Source: Acidimicrobiales bacterium
GTDB lineage: Bacteria > Actinomycetota > Acidimicrobiia > Acidimicrobiales > SZUA-35
Assembly: GCA_024638815.1 (NCBI GenBank)
Contig: JAHEJM010000005.1
Coordinates: 27,040-91,039, forward strand
DNA length: 64,000 nucleotides
Reading direction: 5' to 3'
Made by a program: the position numbers and the translations under genes. Of this stretch, positions 56,544 through 64,000 are shown piece after piece (position 1 is the stretch's first letter; every line of letters starts with the position of its first letter). The notes beneath the pieces were generated by a model. That model was given only the letters and a program-made list of their open reading frames with translations, searched no databases and was not told the origin of the DNA.

Positions 56544-57698
56544 ATGATTGGGCGGTCCATGAATCCGCACCACGACCATTCATCAGACACCGCGTCATCG
56601 AATACTGCATCATCAAACACTGCATCATCAAACACTGCATCATCAAACACTGCGGCCGAACTTGTCGATGACCACGAGCGCAGAGTCCTTGCCGAACTCG
56701 TCCTGGCGGCGTTCGCCGACAGCGACGAGAGGGACGCGCCGGGCCGAACCCCGGCTCCTATCGAGGTGTCGACCATCGCCGATGCCAATCGGGGCGGCGG
56801 AGTGTTCAGTCGGGTCTTCCGGCTGGAACTGGTCACGGCCGAAACCCGCCGCCGCTCCGTACCCCCTTCGGCGGTGGCCAAGTTGCCGGCCCGCGGTACC
56901 AATCGAGAGGCGGCGGCCCGCAGCGGTGCCTATCGGCGGGAGGCCCACTGCTATCGAAGCCTGCTGGTCGACGACGACCTCCCCACGGCCGAGGCCTACG
57001 CCGTGATCGAACACGATGACGGCACGGCGTCGGTCTTGTTGCAGGACCTGACGTCGCTACGCTGGCCCGAGCAGCTGTCGGGACTGGAACCGAAGGATGC
57101 GAGGGCCGTCGTCGGTGCGCTGGCTCGCTTCCACCGCCGCTGGGACCACGACATCGATCGACCGGGGCAACGGCTCGCAGCCCTGGCCGAGGTTCGGGCC
57201 AACACCGTCGCCGGACTCGATCACGGTTCACTCGTCACCGGCCTGCGGGCCGTGGAGCAGCGCTGGGCCAACCACCTGTCCCGACGGCAGCTGTCGGCGC
57301 TCGACATGATGGTGGCGCGCCATGATGACGTGGCCGCCGCCTTCGGGTCCCACCGCTCCGTCACCCTGTGTCACGGCGACCCCCGGGCCGCCAACCTCGC
57401 ATTCGCCCACGACGGCTCGGCCCTACTGGTCGACTGGCAGCAGGTCGCCCGCCAGTTCGGCGAAACCGACGTGGCGTGGCTGTGCGCCACCAGTCTCACC
57501 CCGGACGATCGACGGGCGCTCGAGTATGATCTGGTCGAGGACTACGGGGGCGACGTCGAGCGCTACCGGCTTGGGCTCGCTGTTCCCGCCATGGCCGTCA
57601 TGCTGCTGGCTCAGCGAGACGTGGACTCGGGGCGGACCGCCGAGTTGATCGCCACCAGTCTCCGCCGTATCGCGGCGGCGGTGGTCGACAACTGGTGA
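56544..57698 (+). CDS. phosphotransferase (aminoglycoside phosphotransferase / choline-kinase-like) family protein
   Basis: It has the Brenner motif LCHGDPRAANLAF followed by LLVDWQQV. The only in-frame starts are ATG 56544 and ATG 56559, so the TASSN repeat is inside the CDS. Its stop abuts the convergent DUF151 stop (TGATCA). Confidence 0.75.
   Translation: MIGRSMNPHHDHSSDTASSNTASSNTASSNTASSNTAAELVDDHERRVLAELVLAAFADSDERDAPGRTPAPIEVSTIADANRGGGVFSRVFRLELVTAETRRRSVPPSAVAKLPARGTNREAAARSGAYRREAHCYRSLLVDDDLPTAEAYAVIEHDDGTASVLLQDLTSLRWPEQLSGLEPKDARAVVGALARFHRRWDHDIDRPGQRLAALAEVRANTVAGLDHGSLVTGLRAVEQRWANHLSRRQLSALDMMVARHDDVAAAFGSHRSVTLCHGDPRAANLAFAHDGSALLVDWQQVARQFGETDVAWLCATSLTPDDRRALEYDLVEDYGGDVERYRLGLAVPAMAVMLLAQRDVDSGRTAELIATSLRRIAAAVVDNW
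56589..56648 (+). repeat. 15-nt in-frame tandem repeat encoding (TASSN)x4
   Basis: ACTGCATCATCAAAC occurs three times perfectly (56604-56648), preceded by one degenerate unit ACCGCGTCATCGAAT. Confidence 0.9.
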
Positions 57699-58199
57699 TC
57701 ACTCGGGCAGGAAGTCTTCGGGATTGACCTCGTCCAGGAAGCGCCGCAGTTCCTCGACCATCTCCTCCTCGTCACCCTGATCGTCGGTCTCGACCTCTTC
57801 GATCCCGGCCTGCTCGATCAGATCCTCTTCAGCGAAGATCGGGCTGCCGGTTCGTGCCGCCAGAGCGATGGCGTCCGAAGGGCGGGAGGAAATGACGAGG
57901 GAGCCGCCCTGGGCGTCTCGGATATGGAGCTCGGCGAAGAATGTACCTCGCCGCAGCTCGGTGATGACCACTCGATCAAGAGCGGCCCCCAGACCGTCGA
58001 CGACCTCGGCGAACAGGTCGTGGGTCATGGGACGAGGGGTGGGCTCGCCCTGAAGGGCGAGATCGATGGCGTGGGCCTCGGGCCCACCGATGTAGATGGG
58101 AACGACGCGGCGGGGGCCCGTGGATTCCCGCAACAACAAGATCGGCGCATTGGTCGGCATCTGCACTCTCACGCCGACCAACTCCATTTCGACCGTCAT
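57699..58199 (-). CDS. bifunctional nuclease (DUF151) family protein
   Basis: 166 aa reading MELVGVRVQMPTNAPILLLRE...VPIYIGGPEAHAIDLALQG...RPMTHDL. It occupies the conserved actinobacterial position after the GarA-like FHA gene. Confidence 0.8.
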   Translation of the reverse strand: MTVEMELVGVRVQMPTNAPILLLRESTGPRRVVPIYIGGPEAHAIDLALQGEPTPRPMTHDLFAEVVDGLGAALDRVVITELRRGTFFAELHIRDAQGGSLVISSRPSDAIALAARTGSPIFAEEDLIEQAGIEEVETDDQGDEEEMVEELRRFLDEVNPEDFLPE

Positions 58200-58271
58200 A
58201 GCACCACCGTAGTCGAGAATCTCCTGTCCGTCCTACCGGCGATCGTCATGTCACGACGCCTCGATCGGCAA

Positions 58272-58361
58272 GATTTTCTTGGTGGTCGAAGAGTTGAACG
58301 TCGCGGCAAGTCTTTCCACCCAGGAAATCTTGAGATACCGGCCGAAGGCCGGGATACCTAG
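58272..58361. repeat. 90-nt conserved intergenic element, copy 2 (first copy at 33716-33805)
   Basis: It has the same length, orientation and architecture as copy 1 (72/90 identities). The terminal CCTAG supplies the TAG stop (58358-58360) of the FHA gene. Confidence 0.8.
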
Positions 58362-58840
58362 TCGACAACTCGCCGACTGAGGGCGAGGTAGACCAGCTTG
58401 AACTTGCCGATCTGGACCTCGTCGCCATCGACCAGCTCGGCAGATTCGACCCGGGACTGATTGACGTAGGTGCCGTTCAGGCTGCCGGCGTCGGACACCT
58501 CGTAGCCGCCGCCGAGCCGGCGGACAACTGCGTGGCGCCGGGACACCGTGACGTCATCGAGGAAGATATCGCTGTCGGGATGGCGGCCGATGGTGATCTC
58601 GTCCTTGTCGAGGGCGATCCGGCTCCCTCGCTTCGGACCCTGGCGCACCACGAACATGCCCACCGTCCCCTCCGGGAACTCCACGTCGAGATCGACATCA
58701 GGATCGTCGACATCGGCCGGAGGGACGAAGGCAATGGTCTGGTCGTTCGGCACCCGGGCCTCCAGCGGCGTGCCGCAAGAACTACAGAAGCGAGCCGCAA
58801 CCGGGTTCACATACCCGCACGATGGGCATCCGTCGGCCAT
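58358..58840 (-). CDS. FHA-domain protein (GarA/OdhI position) with N-terminal double zinc ribbon
   Basis: The N-terminus reads CPSCG...CSSCG. The FHA core reads ITIGRHPDSDIFLDDVTVSRRHAVV...SLNGTYVN...GDEVQIGKFKLVY. The gene is directly downstream of gcvH. Confidence 0.85.
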   Translation of the reverse strand: MADGCPSCGYVNPVAARFCSSCGTPLEARVPNDQTIAFVPPADVDDPDVDLDVEFPEGTVGMFVVRQGPKRGSRIALDKDEITIGRHPDSDIFLDDVTVSRRHAVVRRLGGGYEVSDAGSLNGTYVNQSRVESAELVDGDEVQIGKFKLVYLALSRRVVD

Positions 58841-58843
58841 CTC

Positions 58844-59233
58844 TCAGCCCTTCGTCAGCTCGCCGTAGCCGGCAGCGTCCATCAAGTCGTCCAGGGTGCC
58901 CGCGTCGCCGAGTTCGATCACGAACATCCAACCCTCGCCGTAAGGGTCGGCGTTGAGGCGCTCCGGCTCATCGTTGAGGTCCTCGTTGACCTGAACCACG
59001 GTCCCCTTGACCGGGGCGTAGATGTCGGACACCGACTTCGTCGACTCAACCTCGCTGATCGACTGCCCCACGGTCACCTCGGAGCCCACGGCGGGGAGAT
59101 CGACATAGACGATGTCGCCCAGCGCATCCTGGGCATAGTCGGTGATGCCGACGCGCACACGGTTGTCATCCTCGACCCTAACCCACTCGTGATCGGCCGA
59201 GTACCGGAGATCCTCTGGAATCAACATACCCAT
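58844..59233 (-). CDS. gcvH: glycine cleavage system protein H
   Basis: 129 aa with the lipoyl-lysine motif EVESTKSVSDIYAPV. Confidence 0.9.
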   Translation of the reverse strand: MGMLIPEDLRYSADHEWVRVEDDNRVRVGITDYAQDALGDIVYVDLPAVGSEVTVGQSISEVESTKSVSDIYAPVKGTVVQVNEDLNDEPERLNADPYGEGWMFVIELGDAGTLDDLMDAAGYGELTKG

Positions 59234-59368
59234 ACGCTAGCGTGTCCGACCCTTCCCCGGCATGTGCTCCGAGCACGACCGGAGATTTGCCCGGCTCGAC
59301 TCATCGTGGGCCGCGAGACCTGGATCATTCTGCTACACCGGTGGGGCAATCGAATGACGGCTCGCCGG

Positions 59369-59962
59369 TCAGGTGGTGGCCAATTCCCGGCGCACGACAG
59401 GCAGATACTGAAACATCGTGGCATACCAGCCGTAGGCCAGGCCGGGGACGGCGAACAGCCAGGCCAGCCACGCCAGAACCGGGGCATACGACAAGCTGCT
59501 GACCGAACCCAGGAACATGGGGACGGCGACCATCAGCAGGAACGTGCCGGTCTTCCCCTCCCACGTCACTTGCAGCCGTTCGGCCCCCCGGGCGGTGATG
59601 ATCATGGCGAAGAGTGCGGTCAGTACCTCCCGGGACAGGGCAACCACGGCCACCGTCAGCGGAATGGACTGATCGACGATGAGAGCGGGCACGGCAACCG
59701 CAAACAACAGGCGATCGACAACCGGGTCGAACATCGCCCCGAACTCGCTGCCCTGATCCAGTCGGCGGGCCAGCCAACCGTCGACCCAGTCGGTGGCACC
59801 GAGACCACCGAGCAGCCAGGCGGCGGCCGCCCGATTCTCCCGGGCGAACAACAACCACAGGAAGAGGGGAATGCACAGCAGCCTGATCAGGGTGAAAAGG
59901 TTGGGCCAGGTCAGAAATGGGCCGAGTTCCTGCCGCCGACTCGTCGCATCGGCATCGGTCAC
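59369..59962 (-). CDS. CDP-alcohol phosphatidyltransferase family protein (PgsA-like)
   Basis: It has the motif DWVDGWLARRLDQGSEFGAMFDPVVDR, matching D(x)2DG(x)2AR...G(x)3D(x)3D. The protein is polytopic. Confidence 0.85.
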   Translation of the reverse strand: MTDADATSRRQELGPFLTWPNLFTLIRLLCIPLFLWLLFARENRAAAAWLLGGLGATDWVDGWLARRLDQGSEFGAMFDPVVDRLLFAVAVPALIVDQSIPLTVAVVALSREVLTALFAMIITARGAERLQVTWEGKTGTFLLMVAVPMFLGSVSSLSYAPVLAWLAWLFAVPGLAYGWYATMFQYLPVVRRELATT

Positions 59963-60031
59963 GCTCCAGCCACCTCCGGTGCGGCCGGTTCACAGTCGCC
60001 ATCCCTTGGCCCGGCGCACATCTCCCGCACC

Positions 60032-61516
60032 TCAGCCGCGCTCATAGAGGGCAACACCGTTGTCCCGATCGTCGTAGGTGAGCACGAAGCCGTAGAAGAT
60101 CATGAGGCTGTCGAACGTCTCCCGTTCGTCCTCGGTTCGTTCGGGGATGTCACGATCCACCACCAACACCGCCCGGGTGAACGAGGGGAAGCCCATGTTG
60201 ACCGGCTGGGGAGGGGAGTCGCGGGCCAGGGCGTACAACCATGGCCGGTTGGACAACTCGACCAGCGCCGAGGGCGAGGCCCGGATGGGGGTATCACGAT
60301 CGACCATGGCCACGGCCTTGATGATCGATTCGTCGGTGGCGTCCCGTTCCGACCAGTTCCATGGTGTGTTGTAGGGCGACGACGGCGAGCTGCTGACGAA
60401 CAACAGCGAGGCTGCCGCCACCAACGTGGTGAGCAGCCGGACATCGAGAAACACCCGATCCACACCCATGTTGCCCAACCGATTCAGGGCGAAGACCGCA
60501 GCCACCATCATGAAGGCCAGGAGCATGGCCGACTTTTCGGCGAACGGGGTCTGATCCGAGCCGGTGAACAACAGCAGTCCGGTCAGAGGAGCGGCGGGAA
60601 GAAGATGGCGCAGGGCCAGCAGCGGCAGGAAGATCAAGGGCGTCAGCAATGACACCACGAGCAGAAGGTTGTCCTGGGTGAACAGGCTGTCGAGCGAGGC
60701 AACGGGATCGCGAAGCGAACCGAGCACCACATCGCCCAGGGGTCGTCCGTCGTACCCGGTCCAGGCTCCGGCGCCACCGGGTTGGGCGATGATGGGTTGG
60801 GCCACCAGCAGCAGAGCCAGCGACCAGATGAACCCGACCCCCATCGTCCACAGTCCGGCCCGACGCTCGCCGTCACCCAGCAGGACAAACCCCCACATGC
60901 CGAGAGCCAGGCCGAGATCGGCGCGGCACAGCAGGGCGGCGACGATGCAGACCCAATACCAGACCCAGCGCTTGCTGGCCCCGAAATACACCGCGCCGAT
61001 GATTGCGGGGATGGCAAGAGCGATGGGGTGGAACTCCTCGACACCGATGCGATGGGTGGCCGGATGGAGCACGTAGGCGGTGGAGATGGCGGTGGCGGCC
61101 CCAACCCGGAGCTTGGCGATCCGCCGGCCCAGCGACCACAAGGGAAACACCACGGCCCCGAGAGCCAGCGACTGCACCACCACCAACAGCCGGGCCGGAT
61201 CCACAACTGTGGCCACCAGCCCCAGCGGGTACATGACGAACGACCACCGAAGCTCGAGCAGGTGGACGTCGGTGCCGAACAGTGACGCCCGTGGCACATT
61301 GCCCTGGGTCAGCAACCACAGCGCCTGGCTGTACCCGGCCAGGTCGACGCCGGTCTCCAGGCCGTCGATGCGGGACAATCCCATCCACATCAGTCCGACG
61401 GTGAGGGCCAGGGCCAGAAGCGACGGAATCCAACGGTCACCGGGACCGGCCTCGAGTCGGGCCTGGAACCGCACGACGGCCCGCTCCAGGCGACGTTGAA
61501 TTGGAAGCTGACTCAC
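60032..61516 (-). CDS. DUF2079-type polytopic membrane protein (glycosyltransferase-C-like topology)
   Basis: 494 aa with more than 10 hydrophobic segments. The N-terminal pattern is DLAGYSQALWLLTQGNVPRASLFGTDVHLLELRWSF. Confidence 0.65.
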   Translation of the reverse strand: MSQLPIQRRLERAVVRFQARLEAGPGDRWIPSLLALALTVGLMWMGLSRIDGLETGVDLAGYSQALWLLTQGNVPRASLFGTDVHLLELRWSFVMYPLGLVATVVDPARLLVVVQSLALGAVVFPLWSLGRRIAKLRVGAATAISTAYVLHPATHRIGVEEFHPIALAIPAIIGAVYFGASKRWVWYWVCIVAALLCRADLGLALGMWGFVLLGDGERRAGLWTMGVGFIWSLALLLVAQPIIAQPGGAGAWTGYDGRPLGDVVLGSLRDPVASLDSLFTQDNLLLVVSLLTPLIFLPLLALRHLLPAAPLTGLLLFTGSDQTPFAEKSAMLLAFMMVAAVFALNRLGNMGVDRVFLDVRLLTTLVAAASLLFVSSSPSSPYNTPWNWSERDATDESIIKAVAMVDRDTPIRASPSALVELSNRPWLYALARDSPPQPVNMGFPSFTRAVLVVDRDIPERTEDERETFDSLMIFYGFVLTYDDRDNGVALYERG

Positions 61517-62265
61517 CGCTCGTGACCCCCGTCGCCCCCGGAGTGCTTGCCGCCGGCCGAGCCGATCGGTTGGACCTCGTCCAGAAGCTGCGGGCCGTTG
61601 TTGCGGACGTTGTTGACCTCGGTCGAAATCGGTCGAAGCACGAGGAAGTCGTCGGGTGGAGGGACGAGCAGGCCGGCGACCGCCTCAACATCGGTCCCGG
61701 GGTCGAGCCAGTCGTCCCAGGACGCCGCCGGGATCATCACCGGCATGCGATCATGAATGGCAGTCATTTCCTTGTTCGGGTCACCGGTCAAGATGGTGAA
61801 GGTCTCGATCGGATCGGCCGACTCGTCCCGCTCCTCGCTGTCGGCGAGCCGGGGCCGCCACCGCTCCCACAGTCCGGCGAAGACGACCGGCTCGCCGTCG
61901 GCCCGGTAGATGTAGTACGGCTGCTTGCGTTTCTCCCCCGGGGTCTTGGCCCACTCGTAGAACCCGTCGGCCGGAACCAGGCAGCGTCGGGACCGGTAGG
62001 CCTTGCGGAAGGCCGGTTTGTCGGCAGCCGTCTCGACCCGGGCATTGATCATGCGGGAGCCGATCTTCAGGTCCTTGGCCCAAAACGGGACAAGCCCCCA
62101 TCGCATGGTACTGAGCCGGCGATGACCGTCGCCGGCCCGGACAACGTACACCTCCTTGGTCGGAGCCACGTTGTAGTCGCGGTCCAACTCCTCATCGGGT
62201 GCCACCGCACCGAAGTAGTTGGCCAACTCGTCGGGCGAGGACGCGGTGACAAAACGGCCGCACAC
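61513..62265 (-). CDS. SOS response-associated peptidase (SRAP / YedK-HMCES family)
   Basis: It has the GTG start followed by catalytic Cys2 (MCGRF). It also has NVAPT, MRWGLVPFWAKD and CLVPADGFYEW. Its stop overlaps the next gene's start (ATGA). Confidence 0.9.
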   Translation of the reverse strand: MCGRFVTASSPDELANYFGAVAPDEELDRDYNVAPTKEVYVVRAGDGHRRLSTMRWGLVPFWAKDLKIGSRMINARVETAADKPAFRKAYRSRRCLVPADGFYEWAKTPGEKRKQPYYIYRADGEPVVFAGLWERWRPRLADSEERDESADPIETFTILTGDPNKEMTAIHDRMPVMIPAASWDDWLDPGTDVEAVAGLLVPPPDDFLVLRPISTEVNNVRNNGPQLLDEVQPIGSAGGKHSGGDGGHER

Positions 62266-62328
62266 GACCCAAACTGTAGTGCCTGGGGCCGGAACTCCGC
62301 GGCAAGGTGGAGCCTCGTAACCAGGCCG

Positions 62329-62670
62329 CTACCGAACACCGTGGCGCTGACGGTCCAAAACTCGGGCAGCCCGGGGGATGCGAGGTGCTCGGCTTCCTCC
62401 TCCTCGATCATCGTCCACGCCGGCCTCGTCCAACTGCTTGAACGACCGATCTCGGGCCTCGAATCCGAAGAATACGGACCCGGCTTCGACCTTGCGGACA
62501 ACAACACCGGGATCGAACCCGGCGTTGACCGCAAGGGTCCGTCCAGTGTTCTCGGACAGCACTGTCGGCGCGAAGCCCGGCCGTGGCCAACACCGACGGT
62601 CACCGAATCTGGCAATGGTCGCGCCAGCGTCGTGGACGATGGGCTCGCCGTGCTTCTTCCCGATGACCAT
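62329..62670 (-). CDS. hypothetical protein; reading phase appears to switch near 62411 (possible frameshifted gene)
   Basis: From the ATG at 62670 (MVIGKKHGEPIVHD...) there is a coding-type G+C pattern to about 62412. After that, the coding-type pattern moves to another minus-strand frame (MIEEEEAEHLASPGLPEFW...). No family recognised. Confidence 0.3.
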   Translation of the reverse strand: MVIGKKHGEPIVHDAGATIARFGDRRCWPRPGFAPTVLSENTGRTLAVNAGFDPGVVVRKVEAGSVFFGFEARDRSFKQLDEAGVDDDRGGGSRAPRIPRAARVLDRQRHGVR

Positions 62671-62778
62671 CGAGCGTGGGCCGGACGGTTGAAAGCCACT
62701 CTCACAGCCCCGGCCGATACGACTTTTTCCATGACCTTGGGCCCTTCCACCGGGGCCGGTAGCAGTGGGAGACTCACG

Positions 62779-63375
62779 ATGATGGACGCTGCCTCCCACC
62801 GGTGCGAATCGATGCCGACACCAACGGCCATCGCCGCCGTGACGCGCTGCATGCTGCACACCAACCGGTTGCTGGCCGGTGGCGTTCTGCGGCTCCCCTC
62901 CGCCCATGTGGGACGCCGGTTGCGGTTCGCCGACGGCTCGACGGCCGGCATCTACCGGGAGACCCGGGTCATCGGCCGGGAGCCGTCCGACCCGGCCGTC
63001 CTGATCGTGGGTTTCACCCTCCGAGTGGTTCACACTGCATGGGCCCACGCCGCCTTCAGAGCCGAAAGCGTGCTCAACACCGTGTTCTTCGCCGGCTTTC
63101 CCGGCTTCGAGTCGAAGCTGTGGCTCCGCCATGACGAGCGCGGTCGCTATCGAGGCCTGTATCAGTGGGACGGAACGGATCAGGCGGAGTACTACGTGGC
63201 CGCACTGCACCATGTGCTGGGACCGGTGAGCGAGACCGGCTCGGTCGACTACAAGATACTTCCCGACCGCCGGCGGGAGGAGCTGCTACGCCGACCCGAG
63301 CAACTCGTGAACAGTGCTTCGGGATGGTCACAAGCATGGTGGCGAGTCGTCGACGTCTGCCCGCCGTGGCCATGA
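62779..63375 (+). CDS. hypothetical protein, 198 aa, translationally coupled to the downstream FAD monooxygenase
   Basis: The ATG at 62779 is preceded by GGGAGA at 6 nt. Third-position G+C is high. The sequence reads LRFADGSTAGIYRETRVIG...ESKLWLRHDERGRYRGLYQWDG. It is the only credible part of the 624-aa track ORF. Confidence 0.5.
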   Translation: MMDAASHRCESMPTPTAIAAVTRCMLHTNRLLAGGVLRLPSAHVGRRLRFADGSTAGIYRETRVIGREPSDPAVLIVGFTLRVVHTAWAHAAFRAESVLNTVFFAGFPGFESKLWLRHDERGRYRGLYQWDGTDQAEYYVAALHHVLGPVSETGSVDYKILPDRRREELLRRPEQLVNSASGWSQAWWRVVDVCPPWP

Positions 63376-64000
63376 CCACCAGTGATGTCCTCGTCGCCGG
63401 GGCCGGCCCGAGCGGACTCGCCCTGGCTCTTCAGGCCGCAAGTCTCGGCGCCGAGGTTCGCATCATCGAACGACGCCACCATGCGTTCCGACCGTCCCGG
63501 GCCATCATCATCCATCCCCGGACGCTCGAACTGCTGCGTCCCCTGGGGATCACGAAGGCCATCCTCGCCGAAGGACGACCGGCCCCGGCCGTGAACCTTC
63601 GTCTCGGCCGCCGTCGGGTGGTGACCACGCTGGGCCCGTTCGCCGTGCACGACACGGCCTTTCCCTACCTCGCTTTCGTTCCTCAGGCCGTGGTCGAGCG
63701 TCAGCTGACCGCCGCGCTCGCCGACCGTGGTGTCGAAGTGGAGTGGGGTGCGGAACTGGTGGACCTCGAGCAACGGGCGGCAGGGGCCACCACCTTCGTC
63801 ACCCGACCCGACGGGAAGATGGAGACCATCGACAGCCGATTCCTGATCGGCTGTGACGGCGCTGACAGCACGGTTCGGGCCGCAGCCGGAATCCCGTGGC
63901 CGGGAACCACCTATCGGCACGAAATCGTCCTCGCCGACCTCGAGCTGGACGGCCGTCTCGACGAGGCCGTGGCCCACGCCTCGGCCGGTCCGGAGGGGAT
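63372..64000 (+). CDS. FAD-dependent aromatic-ring monooxygenase family, 3'-partial (runs off the window)
   Basis: The ATG at 63372 overlaps the upstream stop (ATGA). It reads MTTSDVLVAGAGPSGLALALQAASLGAEVRIIER and FLIGCDGADSTVR. The frame stays open to position 64000 and is not in the ORF track because no stop is reached. Confidence 0.8.
   Translation, partial: MTTSDVLVAGAGPSGLALALQAASLGAEVRIIERRHHAFRPSRAIIIHPRTLELLRPLGITKAILAEGRPAPAVNLRLGRRRVVTTLGPFAVHDTAFPYLAFVPQAVVERQLTAALADRGVEVEWGAELVDLEQRAAGATTFVTRPDGKMETIDSRFLIGCDGADSTVRAAAGIPWPGTTYRHEIVLADLELDGRLDEAVAHASAGPEG

Noticed and set aside
58272-58361. Small protein encoded by the 90-nt element. The two candidate readings are plus-strand LVVEELNVAASLSTQEILRYRPKAGIP, which has a MerR-HTH-like look, and minus-strand GIPAFGRYLKISW...
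   Set aside because: Copy 1 carries stop codons in the corresponding frames. Most differences between copies are non-synonymous, and the best nucleotide alignment needs compensating non-triplet shifts. Conservation therefore appears to be at the nucleotide or structure level.
59234-59368. Possible glycine riboswitch upstream of gcvH.
   Set aside because: On the minus strand, the 135-nt leader lacks the GGAGAG / ACCGAAGGGGCAA cores of the glycine aptamer. Only a loose GCCGGGCAA resemblance is present.
1-64000. Scan for rRNA, tRNA, CRISPR arrays, transposases, integrases and prophage genes.
   Set aside because: I found no cloverleaf-compatible segments, no regularly spaced direct repeats beyond the two short tandem repeats reported, and no recognisable recombinase motifs in any ORF. 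By-eye scanning could miss a tRNA.

Overview
This is a 64-kb high-GC actinobacterial chromosomal segment with about 75 tightly packed genes. Roughly four fifths are on the minus strand, and many genes share 4-nt ATGA or 1-nt start/stop overlaps. I recognised no rRNA, tRNA, CRISPR array, transposase or integrase.

Blocks from left to right:
- A TPP enzyme, a Nei glycosylase and trkH-trkA.
- A four-gene ABC-2 operon (ATPase-permease twice).
- An XRE regulator translationally coupled to a ClpP-fold protein that appears to lack the catalytic triad.
- An interrupted methyltransferase, a PNPOx-like protein, metZ and a rhodanese.
- soxBDAG sarcosine oxidase with a divergent LysR regulator.
- An acyl-CoA dehydrogenase.
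- Two 5'-truncated, head-to-head citrate-synthase-family pseudogenes.
- A five-gene operon of unassigned pathway: ferredoxin, group II PLP decarboxylase, double-hotdog hydratase, Gfo/Idh/MocA oxidoreductase and a Thr/Ser-dehydratase-like enzyme.
- A HelD-type helicase and a CitE/MaoC pair.
- The conserved actinobacterial helY-tatC-tat(B-like) and pafC-pafB-pafA-prcA-prcB-pup-dop-arc Pup-proteasome locus. Between tat and pafC it is interrupted by a ~3.7-kb insert carrying a secreted RNase Sa-type ribonuclease, its barstar inhibitor and lepB.
- Oligopeptidase B and a GGDEF cyclase.
- The gcvH / FHA (GarA-like) / DUF151 nuclease / MerR cluster.
- Phospholipid, DUF2079 and SRAP genes, then a partial FAD monooxygenase at the right edge.

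The most unusual non-genic signals are two:
- A 90-nt element occurs twice (33716-33805 and 58272-58361). The copies share 72/90 identities by hand count and the same orientation, and each supplies the TAG stop of the upstream gene.
- A 36-nt minisatellite forms a 40-codon intercistronic ORF with ATGA overlaps at both ends (32827-32949).

All functional calls rest on motifs recognised by eye in the supplied translations. No database search or folding program was available.
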